64,000 nt of DNA from Magallana gigas (taxonomy: Eukaryota): positions 56,234,001-56,298,000 of the forward strand of contig NC_088857.1 of NCBI RefSeq assembly GCF_963853765.1, read 5' to 3'. Within the stretch, counting starts at the first letter, position 1. Each line of letters begins with the position of its first letter. The notes beneath the pieces were generated by a model. That model made no database searches. It was not told the DNA's origin and saw nothing but the letters and a program-made list of their open reading frames with translations. Below are positions 11,001 through 24,000 of the stretch, piece after piece. A program made the position numbers and the translations under genes.

Positions 11001-13464
11001 TTAGTATTACCTGAATGTTTTGAGCAGTTACCCGGGTTCATTACCTTAGTATTGCCTGAATGTTTTAAGCAGTTACCCGAGTTGAATACCTTAGTATTAC
11101 CTGAATGTTTTGAGCAGTTACCCGAGTTCATTACCTTAGTATTACCTGAATGTTTTGATCAGTTACCCGAGTCCATTACCTTAGTATTACCTGAATGTTT
11201 TGAGCAGTTACCCGAGTTCATTTCCTTAGTATTACCTGAATGTTTTGAGCAGTTACCCGGGTTCATTACCTTAGTGTTACCTGAATGTTTTGAGCAGTTA
11301 CCCGAGTTCATTACCTTAGTATTACCTGAATGTTTTGAGCAGTTACCCAAGTTCCGATGACGAGCTTCGCTGGCGTCCGTACACCGTGCATAGCAAGAGT
11401 CACGTGATCTTCAACGGGTACAAAACATCGGCGGGGGACAGGAGACGGTGGCCACTGGTCCAACAGGAGATGCTCTGGCACGATTTGGCGCCAGCCTTCA
11501 AGGGTGGGGGTTTAGAAGCAGGGATCCATGAAATCATTTGTCCAGGTGAGATATGGTAAAGCATTGCAAAGGCTCGCTATATCCCCTGGTTCCGTACACA
11601 AAACACAACGGTTTCTTAATTTGGTTTTGTTTGTTATATAATGTTCTATACACTGTAATAATAATTATGGTTTGTCGAGATTAAACACAAAAAATGACAA
11701 TTAATGCATGAGATAAGTTGAGTTTATAGCATCTTCGGAAATTCACTTATACAATCTTGTACATGTATATTCATGTTCACTGCATGAGCGAACGTTTACA
11801 ATGATAAATTCAAATAGGTCATATAAGTATGTCATATCATTAGATCTATTAGTTGAATTTGACTTCTTCACTACTAGCACTCTTGGCTTTGCCCCTTTGT
11901 TGTTTATAACAAAATGCCAATTAAGTTCAAGTGGCAAAATTGACGAGTAGGCGGTAACGTAGATGAATTGGTTACTTTGTATTACAGTCAGATTTCATTA
12001 AATGAATTAGTTTACTTGTTGTGTATACCTATGCATGTTTAATGATGGTGTTGTTTTCTATTTAGCGGCGAGGACAGAATGGGGAATGACGGAGACCCAG
12101 GTAGGCTCACTGCATGACACCGTCACGGCTGAATGATCTAAAACAGTTGTATTTCACACAAATTGGGCAGCGATTTTTCTGTAAATGTCTGAAGTTGAAA
12201 TTAATTACAGATTAATTATCCTTAATTAGATGTTTACTTGTTTAGAGGGTTTTCTTGGCGACATTCATCTGCTTTTAATTCCTTGCGATATTTTTTCGCA
12301 ATCGATAAATGGAGGGTAAATATTTAGAAGTGTTCGATTTATGACGATTAAGTATACGCTTCAATTGATCCGGCGCATGGATAAGGCATCGTGACTATTG
12401 AAAGAAACTGTCTTAATAAATTAGTCTTCATTTCCGAAAGACGTAATTTAAACAATAAAATGCTTTATTTGGTGATTCATGAGGGATATGAAGTATGACT
12501 TTAAAGAAAAAACACATAACCTGCATTAGCGGGTTATTTTATTTTTTGCCTGCAGTATACATATGAGAATGTAGCCCGACATCCTCATGATTGTTTCGTG
12601 CATACCGTGTATTTTTTTTTTTGGTTGCTGAAGGCTTTGACCTATCGATAAATTGTTTAGAATTTGATCGTTTAGATTTTAGCCTCGTCAGTTTCTATAG
12701 AGCTATGAATCACAATCGGTTTTAAACCGGGTTTTCCAACGGAAAATCCGGTTATAAAAATGGTGAAAATGGCGGGCGGGCGGTTGCCAAAAGGGTACCC
12801 TAATTGTACGGATAACTCCTCCTACGGTTTTCAAGACAGGCAGTTGTTCTTTTGCAGATCAATTGTACATATATCAGAGGTGTGTATATTGCTAGGATTT
12901 TGATTTCTAATAATTTATGAAAAAATACCAGCATTTGAACTTAGTCATTTTTTGGCAAAATATTGCATATAGGGTACCCTCATTGTACGGATACCAGCTT
13001 TTGAACCAAGTCATTTTTTGGCAAAAAATTGCATATAGGGTACTCCATTTCACTGGATACGGTAGGTAGTGTTTATCAATTCAGGGTTGCGTGGATTATG
13101 GATACAATTCACATAAAAGAAAACCCGATTTGCTGTCACATCGACAGCTTTTCACTTGTCTTAAGATATAGAGGAGAAAACCCCCAGCAATTGTAAGATA
13201 TACGTCTATAACCCTTTCTATTGCATGACCTTGAGCTTTGACCTTGACTTGTTGTTTCAGCTGGAGATCCTGTTGTACAGCCTGGTCTTCTGCTGTCTGT
13301 TTCTGATCTTTGTCTCCATGACACTGGTCCGCATCTTGTGCACTGTCAACAAACCCGCCAAAAAGGAGACGCGAACGAGGGGAGCTCAAAGAACAGCGGC
13401 CTCGTCCGAGGGCGGGCACTATAACGGCGCCTGTAACGGGGAAATTGAGGATTCCAAGTTCTAG
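8069..13464 (+). CDS. Carboxylesterase type B / cholinesterase-fold type I membrane protein, probably non-catalytic (neuroligin-like architecture)
   Basis: Exons 8069-9417, 11343-11545, 12066-12100, 13261-13464 are phase-compatible and give ~596 aa. Signal peptide; [62 protein letters not shown].PY motif in exon 2; TM helix (LLYSLVFCCLFLIFVSMTLV) and short tail in exon 4. The exact exon 1/2 junction is uncertain. Confidence 0.85.
9965..10042 (-). repeat. tRNA-derived (SINE-like) fragment in an intron
   Basis: Minus strand has A-box-like TGGCTCAGTGGTTAGAG and B-box-like GGATTCGATACC; no intact cloverleaf. Confidence 0.5.
10422..11355 (+). repeat. 45-47-bp minisatellite, 21 copies, overlapping the exon 2 acceptor of the esterase-like gene
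   Basis: Unit TTACCTTAGTATTACCTGAATGTTTTGAGCAGTTACCCGAGTTCA; 21 (G)AGCAG(T)TACC cores counted by eye. Confidence 0.95.
12720..13060. mobile_element. Truncated Helentron-associated non-autonomous element (HINE-like)
   Basis: Terminal palindrome CCGGGTTTTCCAACGGAAAATCCGG, then a (GGCG)n microsatellite and repeated AGGGTACCCT..TTGTACGGATA blocks. Confidence 0.6.
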
Positions 13465-15029
13465 TAGCCGAACAGCACACCTCATTCTATGATCTCGTTA
13501 TATACTGTGATTGGATAAAACGAAATATCGAAGCCATTGGTCCAAGAGTATTACCAATCCCTTTTAATCTTATTCACTATATTTTGTTTCCGTAACTGGT
13601 TCGGTTGCGAACTAACTCTATAATAATGGAGACTCACAGGGACGAAACAAGGTTCAAACTTCAACATTTCAGAACCAGTATGGATATTTGCCCCGCGGAA
13701 AGACCGGAACTATTAATAGCAGAATTCGGTTTCAACTTCCGGTACCTCTGGGCGTACAAAGGAACACCTCAGATGCCAAGACAATAATTGGAAGTGGATA
13801 AAAAAAGCCTTCAGTGAATCTATTCCTATGTAATTTAGAAGTAATGTGAGATGTTTACCTTGCCATTTGTGTTGTCGAGCGACGTACATTTACATATACC
13901 CTCTTTTCGGCACAGGGTTTTGACACAATCTGTGCAAAACATACGATTTTTTGGCACAGATTGTGTCAAAAACCTGTGCTTTTCGGTAGATTTTTTACTT
14001 AGTTAAAGATTTGCATCAATTTCCAGTCTACAAATCTAGGCCGTAGTAATTATGTACTTGTATATAATAAAAGCATGACTGTTATCTTCATTGGGCGTCC
14101 AGTGCAACGCCACCTATGGAGGTTATTGATCTCGTTTCCGGACAGGGCATCTTTCTCCAGTACTAAGACAATTAGTAACTGGAATTGGGGGGGGGGGGGG
14201 GGGCAACACGGCATGCACATTTGTTTAATTAGCCTTCCTTTTTTCTTTCAACAATATTTACAGAAATATTTCAACAAATATGCCTTTTCACTTTCTTGGA
14301 CAGTGCAAACATCTGTCTAATTTGAATAAGATGCAACTATTTGTACTCTTACTAAGGTCAGTATTTCCGGGTTCAGTGAAGTTACTGATTTTTGGGGGGT
14401 TTTTTTCTACGAAAATATTGGGGGTAGATCTGGCCCCCCCACCACTATTCAAAAACAAAGCTTCATGCCTGTACAATTGGTGTTTTTTTGTTTCTGTATC
14501 ATCCTAACCAGAGACATAAATAACAGAGATTGGCAACTGATCCTTATTTATGTCTCTGTCCTAACTTTGTATTCTTTGGACATAAAATTTGTATCTAGAT
14601 ACATGTAGAATGAAAATTATGCAATAAAATTGTAAACATTTATTCAAATTTCTCTGCATTTTTTGAATTCGTAAAAAAGCTGTAGACAAGTGCTCTATTT
14701 AATTTTTGACATATCTAGGTGAGCTTTGATAAATGTCATCGTCTTATACAAAAGCTGTGATACCTCTAGACTTTTCAACAAACTCTTGGGTAACCAAACC
14801 CTGTATTAATTCATAACAAAGCATGTTAATGCAGAATGCATTCCAATCCTGTATTTCTGAATTCTGGCTTACGAGGTCAGGGTAAAAGCTACAATCTTCT
14901 TAACAGTAAGTCAGAGAAAATTCTGACGGTAATACCAATCAATATGGCTAAAGATTTTGTATCTCTTATGTCATTCATTCTCGTGCCTTGTATATGAGAC
15001 AAAATAAATAAAAGATTTGATATTATTTC

Positions 15030-18000
15030 TCATCTTTTCCTTTTATTAAACTTAAATGGTTCATTTGTTGGAGTATTCCAGTGTTGTTCAGTTGGTTGGA
15101 GTAAGGTTGATGGTGACTCAGATAATATCCGGACGGACTCCGCCATGGCCGCCTGTATCCGCGCAACATTCCAGTCTCTGATCCGTGCAGCCATGTATTC
15201 CTCACTGTTTTTATTACCACAGAATGGGTTCATTATTATAGTATATTGATGATCTAACTTGGGTATTATTTTACCAGATTTCAAGCAAATATCATAAACG
15301 TTGAAATCAAAGTCTTTATAAAACTGAAAAAATCCACACAGAAGTTGGTCTAATGACTTTGTTTCTACTGTTTCTACACACTTCCATTCCTCCCCATCCA
15401 CTGGAGACTCTGTAATAAACAGAACAGTGGGTTATTGAAGTCTAGAAAACGGTTACAAGTCACAGTCGTCTAAAAGACTGGCTTATCTAAGGAATAAGGA
15501 ATCATTCTTTGAGTATTATGAGGTGATAATTTTGGTCGGGGCATGATCAAATCCAAGAAGGGCTTCATGATAGATTTGATCACGCCCCGACCGAAATTAT
15601 CTACTCATAATATTCAAAGAATGATTCCTTATTACTTATATTTACGGGATATAATTTTAAGCTATTGTACGATTATATATACAAATATAAATAAGCAAAT
15701 CCCGCTGGCGCCCCAATTATACGTCATTTGAAGTTATGGGTTATATACATGTAGTACAAAATCGATTCGTAGTGTTATCACTGGCAAAGACACTGGAAAA
15801 TGTAAATATTGCAAAATAATGTACATATACAACACAATGGATAAAAACAAAGGAAAAGAAAGACTGACTGATAAAATGAGAGAAAAAGAGAAACAAAATT
15901 AAAAAATAAACTGAAAAACAAGATTAATAACATGAAAAACAAACTGAAATAGAAAGACAAAAAATAAGAAACAGACAGAAACTGAGTGACCAAGGACACA
16001 CATCAGAAAGTTTTGGATCCCACAATGCATTAGTGGACATTAAAGTGACTCGGTTGAATTATTGGATACTTACTATTTATAACCTTGATATTCTGAATCG
16101 GGGGTATGATTTGGCACCGCTGTAGATAGAACAAGGCTAAGGCTGTGAAGACAAACTTGGACGGGAACCAGTCTACGTACAGCTTGGTCCACAGCTTAAC
16201 GGTCATAATGAAAGGTACCACACTCGGAGAACAACGGCTCAATGCATTCAGACATATAGTGGCAGTTTTTCCTGACGAATTTATAGATCTGAAATGAGAG
16301 TTTAAAACTAACAGAAGACCAAACAGTCATACAGTAATATCTAATCAAGAAATAAATGTGGTTTTGAATTCATTTCCACAGCCAAAATCTTTTTTTTTTT
16401 TAAATTGTTAGGTATGGATGGTAAGTCTCAACTTCCTAATACAATTTTGACATTTTTTCAGAAGGTATAGTCTCTATTTACTGTAACAATATGAAATTTG
16501 ATATTTTTTACTGGTATAAAGTCTACACTTACTGGTACAATTTGACATTTTTTTTTCTGGTATGACAAGTCTCAACTTCTCCATTGGATAGAATATTTGA
16601 CAGGTCATAACTTAACCATTGGATAGTATACTTGAATGGTTGTAACTTATCCATTAGTTAGAACATTTGACAGGTTGTAACTTTTCTATTGATAGAATAT
16701 TTGACAGGTCGTAACTTTTCTATTGATAGAATATTTGACAGGTTGTAACTTATCCATTGGATAGAATACTGGACAGGTTGTAACTTATCCATCAAAAGAA
16801 TATTTGACAGGCTGTAACTTAACCATTGGATAGTATACTTGACTGGTTGTAACTTATCCATTAGTTAGAACATATGACAGGTTGTAACTTTTCTATTGAT
16901 AGAATATTTGACAGGTCGTAACTTTTCAATTGATAGAATATTTGACAAGTTGTAAGTTAACCATTAGATAGAATATTGGACTTGTTGTAACTTATCCATC
17001 GGATAGAATATTTGACAGGCTGTAACTTAACCATTGGATAGTATACTTGACTGGTTGTAACTTGTCCATTGGATAGTAAACTTGACTGGTTGTAACTTTT
17101 CTATTAATTGAATATTTGACAGGTCGTAACTTTTCTATCGATAGAATATTTGACAAGTTGTAAGTTAACCATTAGATAGAATATTTGACTGGTTGTAACT
17201 TATCCATCGGATAGAATATTTGACAGGTTGTAACTTTACCATTGGATCATATACTTGACTGGTTGTAAGTTATCCATTGGTTAGAATATTTGACAGGTTG
17301 TAACTTAACCATTGGATAGAATACGGGACAGGCTGTAACTTATCCATCGGATAGAATACATGAAAGGTTGTAACTTATCCATTGGATAGAATATTTGACA
17401 GGTTGTAACCCATCCATTGGATAGAATATTTGACTGGTTGTAACTTCTCCATTGGATATAATATTTGACTGGTTGTAACTTAACTATGTATAGAATATTT
17501 GACAGGTTGTAACTTATCCATTGTATAGAATATTTGACTGGTGATAACTTATCTATTGGATAGAATATTTGATTGGTTGTAACTTATCCATTGTATAGAA
17601 TATTTGACAGGTTATAACTTATCCATTGGATAGAATATTTGACTGGTTGTAACTTATCCATTGGATAGAATATTTGACAGGTTGTAACTCATCCATTGGA
17701 TAGAATATTTGACTGGTTGTAACTTATCCATCAGATAGAATATTTGACTGGTTGTAACTTATCCATCAGATAGAATATTTGACAGGTTGTAACTTTTCCA
17801 TTGGATAAAATTTTTGACAGGTTGTTACTTATCCATTGGATAGAATATTTGACTGGTTGTAACTTATCCATCGGATAGAATATTTGACTGGTTGTAACTT
17901 ATCCATTGGATAGAATATTTGACAGGTTGTAACTTATCCATTGGATATAATATTTGACTGGTTGTAACTTATCCATTGGATAGAATATTTGACAGGTTGT

Positions 18001-21000
18001 AACTCATCCATTGGATAGAATATTTGACTGGTTGTAACTTATCCATCGGATAGAATATTTGACTGGTTGTAACTTATCTATTGGATAGAATACTTGACTA
18101 GTTGTAACTTATCCATTGGATATAGTATTTAACTAGTTGTAACAGGTGTCTACTTACTGGTAGGAAATGTCTCCCCCAACCTCTAGGAGCCTGTTATGGT
18201 ATTTTATGATTGGAACACGGGCATGGAATATTGAAAGAATGCTGTTGTAACTGTCCAACATTTTCAGTTTTTTAGCTATTTCACTTAGTAATGCTGTCTC
18301 ATTAGCCTGCTTTTGTCTGCTTCCCTGAAATGCAGAGTGTGGCAAAGTGAACATCAACAGTAGTAAACATACAGCAATATACTGTAGATTCCTAGTAATA
18401 CATGAGGGATAAAATATCTGCGAAAAATCGCTAGAAGCGCATCTCACGAATTTTGAAATCTTGCTTTTATGTTTCGGACTGATGTAAACTTAATGTATCT
18501 ATGGAAAAAAAAAATTGGCATTCACGATTTTAGGCCATTCCAAGTTTTTTCTATGTTTAGCGTCCGCGAACAGATTGGTTTTCAGATGTTAACATAAAAA
18601 AAAAAACCCACAATAGTTGTTCATTAAATTCGATCGTTTTTTTTTTTTTGTATATCGGGCTCGGGATCGCATGTTTAAATCGGGATCGAAAATCAAATAC
18701 ATGTACTTATAAACAACATTCAAAATGCAAAATGTCAGTTCTACTATAATGCAGGGAATTTATTTGTTTTTTATTTCTTACATGAAGTTTGGTGCCAAAG
18801 ATATGGATTTTTTTTTACTATATTACATATTGTATTTGTTATTTTTGTTACAAAATAAAGAAAATACCTCAAAATATATATTAAATTTTTTTTTGTTGAA
18901 CCTTTAAAGTTGTGTGTTTTTTCTAAGGTTTGTGTTTTTTTTCCTGATAGAAAGACAAGTTTTTGAGTTTTGGGTGGACGCTAAACAAAGGAAAAACTTG
19001 CAATGGCCTTATATTTCTGCAATTTAATGCAATATGGTTGAATTGCAGAATTACCGTAAGTACTTGCATAAAATAAGGAATCTACCCTACACTATTATCT
19101 GGTTCAATTACCACTTGATATTAGAGACTTTGAATTCACTTTCACCACTTTATACTTCCAGGTCAGGAATAGCAAAAGTTACTGTTCACATTTATAACAA
19201 TACTAAAACATCTATCAACAAGAAAAGACCTATTTGAGTGTGGAATTTCATTTAAAAACTGTTTTAAAAAAGATGACAAACTCTCAACATCAAAGTGATT
19301 TTGACAGCGAGGATGAGAGGACAGAGATAGTATGATGATATACGAACGGTGTAAACAAGGGCAGTGTCAAGGTCACTGGTATCACAGATGAACCCATTCA
19401 ACACCGATCCAAATGGCACCACCAGGTAATTGGGTCGGGTCAAGTCCACTACGTCCTGGATACACTGTCTGAGGAAGAACAACACCTGCTGCCTCTCTGA
19501 TTGGTTCTTCGTCCTGTTGCCGAGGATTTTCATCTGCCCCTCTATCTACACAAAAAAAAAGAACAAACAAAAAGTAACAACAACTATTTTCTGTTGAATG
19601 AAAACAATTCTAGTAAGGGGCTTATCTTACTGTTTCATTCATCAGAAGTCTTTGATAATTTCTCTGCTTCAGAACTGAAATATTCTTGCACACAGGCTGT
19701 TGTGTTGAGTTGAACTTTTTCCTGTTTATCCACATCAGAAACACCCTTTTTTCTGTCTGCTTAATAGACACAGAGTCTGACTGCAAGGTAGAAGCAAACT
19801 CTGTGAAACATAAAGGAGGACACAATGGTTTAATATGGACGCCATGCGACTTTAAAAAGCAAAATACAGTTGTTGGGTAATCAATGAAAAGTCACACCAA
19901 AGTAAGACGTCTGCAAGTCTAGAAGACTTCTTATGTAGGAAAGACGGAAAGATTAAATGATATGAGATGGAGAAAGCATATTATTGCAAAACTCATTAAC
20001 TGAACTTGAAGGGACCATATTAACAATATGTCATAAACGAAATTCATTATACATTTATAGCAATTTCAAGGAGCCATATTAAAAAATTATTAACTGTAAT
20101 TCATTATACATTTCAGCCAATTCTTAAGAAAAATTAATGGCTAACTTGTTATAAAAATCAGTTAACAGTGCTTTCAACTATCGTTAGTCATAAATCTTAA
20201 TCAATATTACCATCATTCACAAGAAATGTCAATACATGTATTATAATCTTTCCACTTCAAATATTTTCACAAATTTTGTACATTGTATGAATGCTTTATG
20301 TAGGCATCTTAAAATTTCATGTATCTTCAATGAAATTTGAAACAAAAAATATTTCTTATACCAGTAGTTGTATATTTGCTTGTTTCCATGTTTGTTATAT
20401 TCGTGTTTTGCTGAATATCCTCTACTGATTTGGGGTAGATAAAGAAACTATTGAATTCTGGACTTACATTACACCTACGGAACCCTCCGGAAAGAATGTC
20501 TGAGATATCAGTCTCATAGGTGACTAGTATAGCCTGCAAAAACAGAAAATGATAACTACCCCATGATGTATTCAGCTCAGATCAACAGACTAAGACCCAT
20601 TACAAGATAACACCCCTTCCCCCCCCCCCCCCAATCCAAAGTATTTTTTCAATTTGTACTAAAAAAATTACATCTATAAGAAATCTGAGATGATCCTTTT
20701 TTTTTACAATTTGACTAGTTTTCTATGTTTGATTTACATCTTGGACAAAACATTTGATCTTGAAATAAATTAAATATATCAAAAGAAGTCCATCTCTTAA
20801 CTCCCTGTCCAGAACTCGTTAATCGACCTTGTTATGAATTTTGAGGACTCTGGAGACAGGGGCCATGCTTTCACAGACAGTGATACACTCGGAGATGGTC
20901 CGTTGTGGACAATGAGCGAGGATGGACCGTTCCGCCGCCTGGACACACCTCCGGAATTCCTCCGACTCGTAAATGTCCGGGATTGACCAGGCCTGACCGT

Positions 21001-24000
21001 CGTCTGGGGGATCCTCCATCATTTCCATCCTCGTGTCTCCACCTGGTTCAAAACAGTATTTTGAAAGTTCATAAAAACCAAACAGGGCCCGAGTATTTTA
21101 TTTTTTTAATAATATGCTAACCTTGGTATCTGTATTCCAATACACAGAATAAAGTTTACAGTTCATCAATATCCTATATCAATTGTGTCTTACCAGGAGC
21201 AGATTTATTAGGTGACTTGACATCTTTCAAACAAAATTCTCCATGTTTATCCATCACCCAGACCCTGGGGCTCCTCTGTAAAAATCAACGCAGTTCTAAA
21301 AGCCTAACTTTTGGTACCGGAAACATTAATTTAAATTCAAAGGTGCTAGATCTAAGCTTTTAGAATGCAAAGAATATCAAATAATTAATGCATCTTAATT
21401 TCAAAGAAAAAAAGTTATAATTGTTGAAATTTTAAACTATCAAAAATTTGGATATAAAATTTCAATATCGATAGCAATGAAAATCAAAGAGGTGTTAAAC
21501 ATATCCCGGCCATAAAATTTTCAACTTACTACCCATCACATGATTATGTTGACGAATTTACAAAGACTTATTGATATTCCTTGGCATTTATTTAGTTTCA
21601 AATATCAATTAAACATCACAAATTTGGCTACATTTTTCCTGATTCATTCAAATCTAAGTAGGTCACTTTTGTCAACATAAGACAGTCTTGGGGCTGGTTG
21701 AATCTACATCCAAACTTTAACACTGATAAAATTTGTGCAAGATAGTCAACATATGTCCCTCCATCTGATCTAACTCCCAATGTCTGACAACAAAACTAAC
21801 TCCCATTGTCTGGACCTACCAGTTCTACCTCCTCTGACAACAAAACCAACTCCAAATGTCTGGACCTACCAGTTCTACCTCCTCTGACAACAAAACCGAC
21901 TCCCAATGTCTGGACCTACCGGTTCTACCTCCTCTGACAACAAAACCAACTCCAAATGTCTGAACCTACCAGTTCTACCTCCTCTGACAACAAAACCGAC
22001 TCCCAATGTCTGGACCTACCGGTTCTACCTCCTCTGACAACAAAACCAACTCCCAATGTCTGGACCTACCGGTTCTACCTCCTCTGACAACAAAACCAAC
22101 TCCCAATGTCTGGACCTACCGGTTCTACCTCCTCTGACAACAAAACCAACTCCCAATGTCTGGACCTACCGGTTCTACCTCCTCTGACAACAAAACCAAC
22201 TCCCAATGTCTGGACCTACCGGTTCTACCTCCTCTGACAACAAAACCAACTCCCAATGTCTGGACCTACCGGTTCTACCTCCTCTGACAACAAAACCAAC
22301 TCCCAATGTCTGGACCTACCGGTTCTACCTCCTCTGACAACAAAACCGACTCCTCTTTCTTCAGTCTCTCTCTATCCACATCCTGCTTTGAAGTACCTGA
22401 AAAGACAGGTAAGTAAACAATCATTGGTAAGCTATAGTATTGTAAGCTATAGCATTGTAAGTATGAGCGATGGAGACACTACATCATTATCTTGCAATAA
22501 GTGGGAAATAGGCAAGCTCTGGTTCCTTTTGTGTATTCTCTTTTGAGAAGTGGACAGGCATAGGTGTCTATGACATCTCATCGAAAAAATTCATCGATGC
22601 AACAACTCACCGAATGGACAGCTCATCGATACGACAAGTTATGGAATAGACATCTCATTGATACGACAATACATTGATACTCATCGAAAGTAAAAATAAA
22701 AGTGAAAAAAGTAGACACTCAAAGTGAAAAGTAAAATACAATAACTGATAGGTATCAAAAATTTAAATTGTATTCGCACTGATTAACATTTACATTAATA
22801 CCTTATATTGTGTGCTAACTTTCAAGGTATGGTAAATAATTGCCATTAGCGACTCGTTCTCCGAATGTTGAAACGATGGAGTAAATCTTTTTCTTTTTTT
22901 TTTCCTATAACTTTTTTTTTTCATTTTTCCGATGACAAATGTAAATAAACCATTGTAAGCTAATTTGTTTTTATTCCTTTGTGAAGGAATAAAAGTAAAA
23001 TGATTATCGCTTCCTCCCTCAGCCTTATCGTGACTGAGAATAAAATGAAGACAATAACCTAAAAAGTGTTCAAACATTTATATTTTTACTTCAAATTATA
23101 TCGATGAATTGTCGTTATCCACAAGATGTCTTTCCTTGACATGTCGCGTTGGTGAGTTTTACTTTCGATTAGTTGACTTTCGATGAGTTGTCGCATTCGG
23201 CAAGTTGTCTTTCGATGAGATGTCCGGTACCGCAGGCATAGCCTACATCCCCTTCTCTTTACAAAAATTCAGGGAGATTGGAGTCAAAACATGGGTCGAA
23301 GCATAGACCTTCTACAGTTCCGACATTTACACGTTCTCCAGAATCAATATATGAGGGCTTGCAAAAGAGAAGTGGATGTAGGCTATGCCTGTCCACTTCT
23401 CAAAAGAGAACACCTTTTGTGTAAAAAACGAACAACATAAACACAAACTGTTGATATTTATACATTGTATATTTTCTTAAAAGCTCGAAAACATGTTTCA
23501 TTTGAGTGTCTACACTTGATACTGAGAAATGAAATTTATTCAAGCCATGTTAATGGAGTCTATTTCAAATTCCACCACTTTATAAATTGAGATTATAAAT
23601 TGTGGAATATTTTGAATTTGCTGGCTGTAGCATTTCAAGCTAAAGAAGTGGAAAGAATCAATTGTTAACAAGTCTCACCTTTAGGTCAAGTTAAACAGTA
23701 TTTGTATATATGTACCTATGACTTGGACCTCTGAATCAATCATTCATTAGTACCAATCATTATTACATCTAATTTACCTGTGACTGTAAAACCAAAAAAT
23801 ATTGTTAGTATTATCACTTTGGTTAGGTTATGTATATTAGTTATATATATCACATGTCATCATATAAATCCTCCTTTTATCTGTTATTTTTGTGTATCAT
23901 TTATGATCCATCATGGATTAGCTTTTCACTTTAATCTGTTAGCTATTGTGTATCAATTATGACCCATCATGGATAAGCTTTTCACTTTCATCTGTTAGCT

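Noticed and set aside
11052-11360. ORF of (ITLVLPECFEQLPEF)n and antisense (NSGNCSKHSGNTKVM)n
   Set aside because: By-products of the 45-bp unit; 47-bp variants break the frame, and the esterase-like homology continues in a different frame.
16575-18142. 35-bp palindromic repeats resembling a CRISPR array (likewise the 45-, 50- and 34-bp arrays)
   Set aside because: Units are contiguous with no unique spacers, there are no cas genes, and the context is eukaryotic introns.
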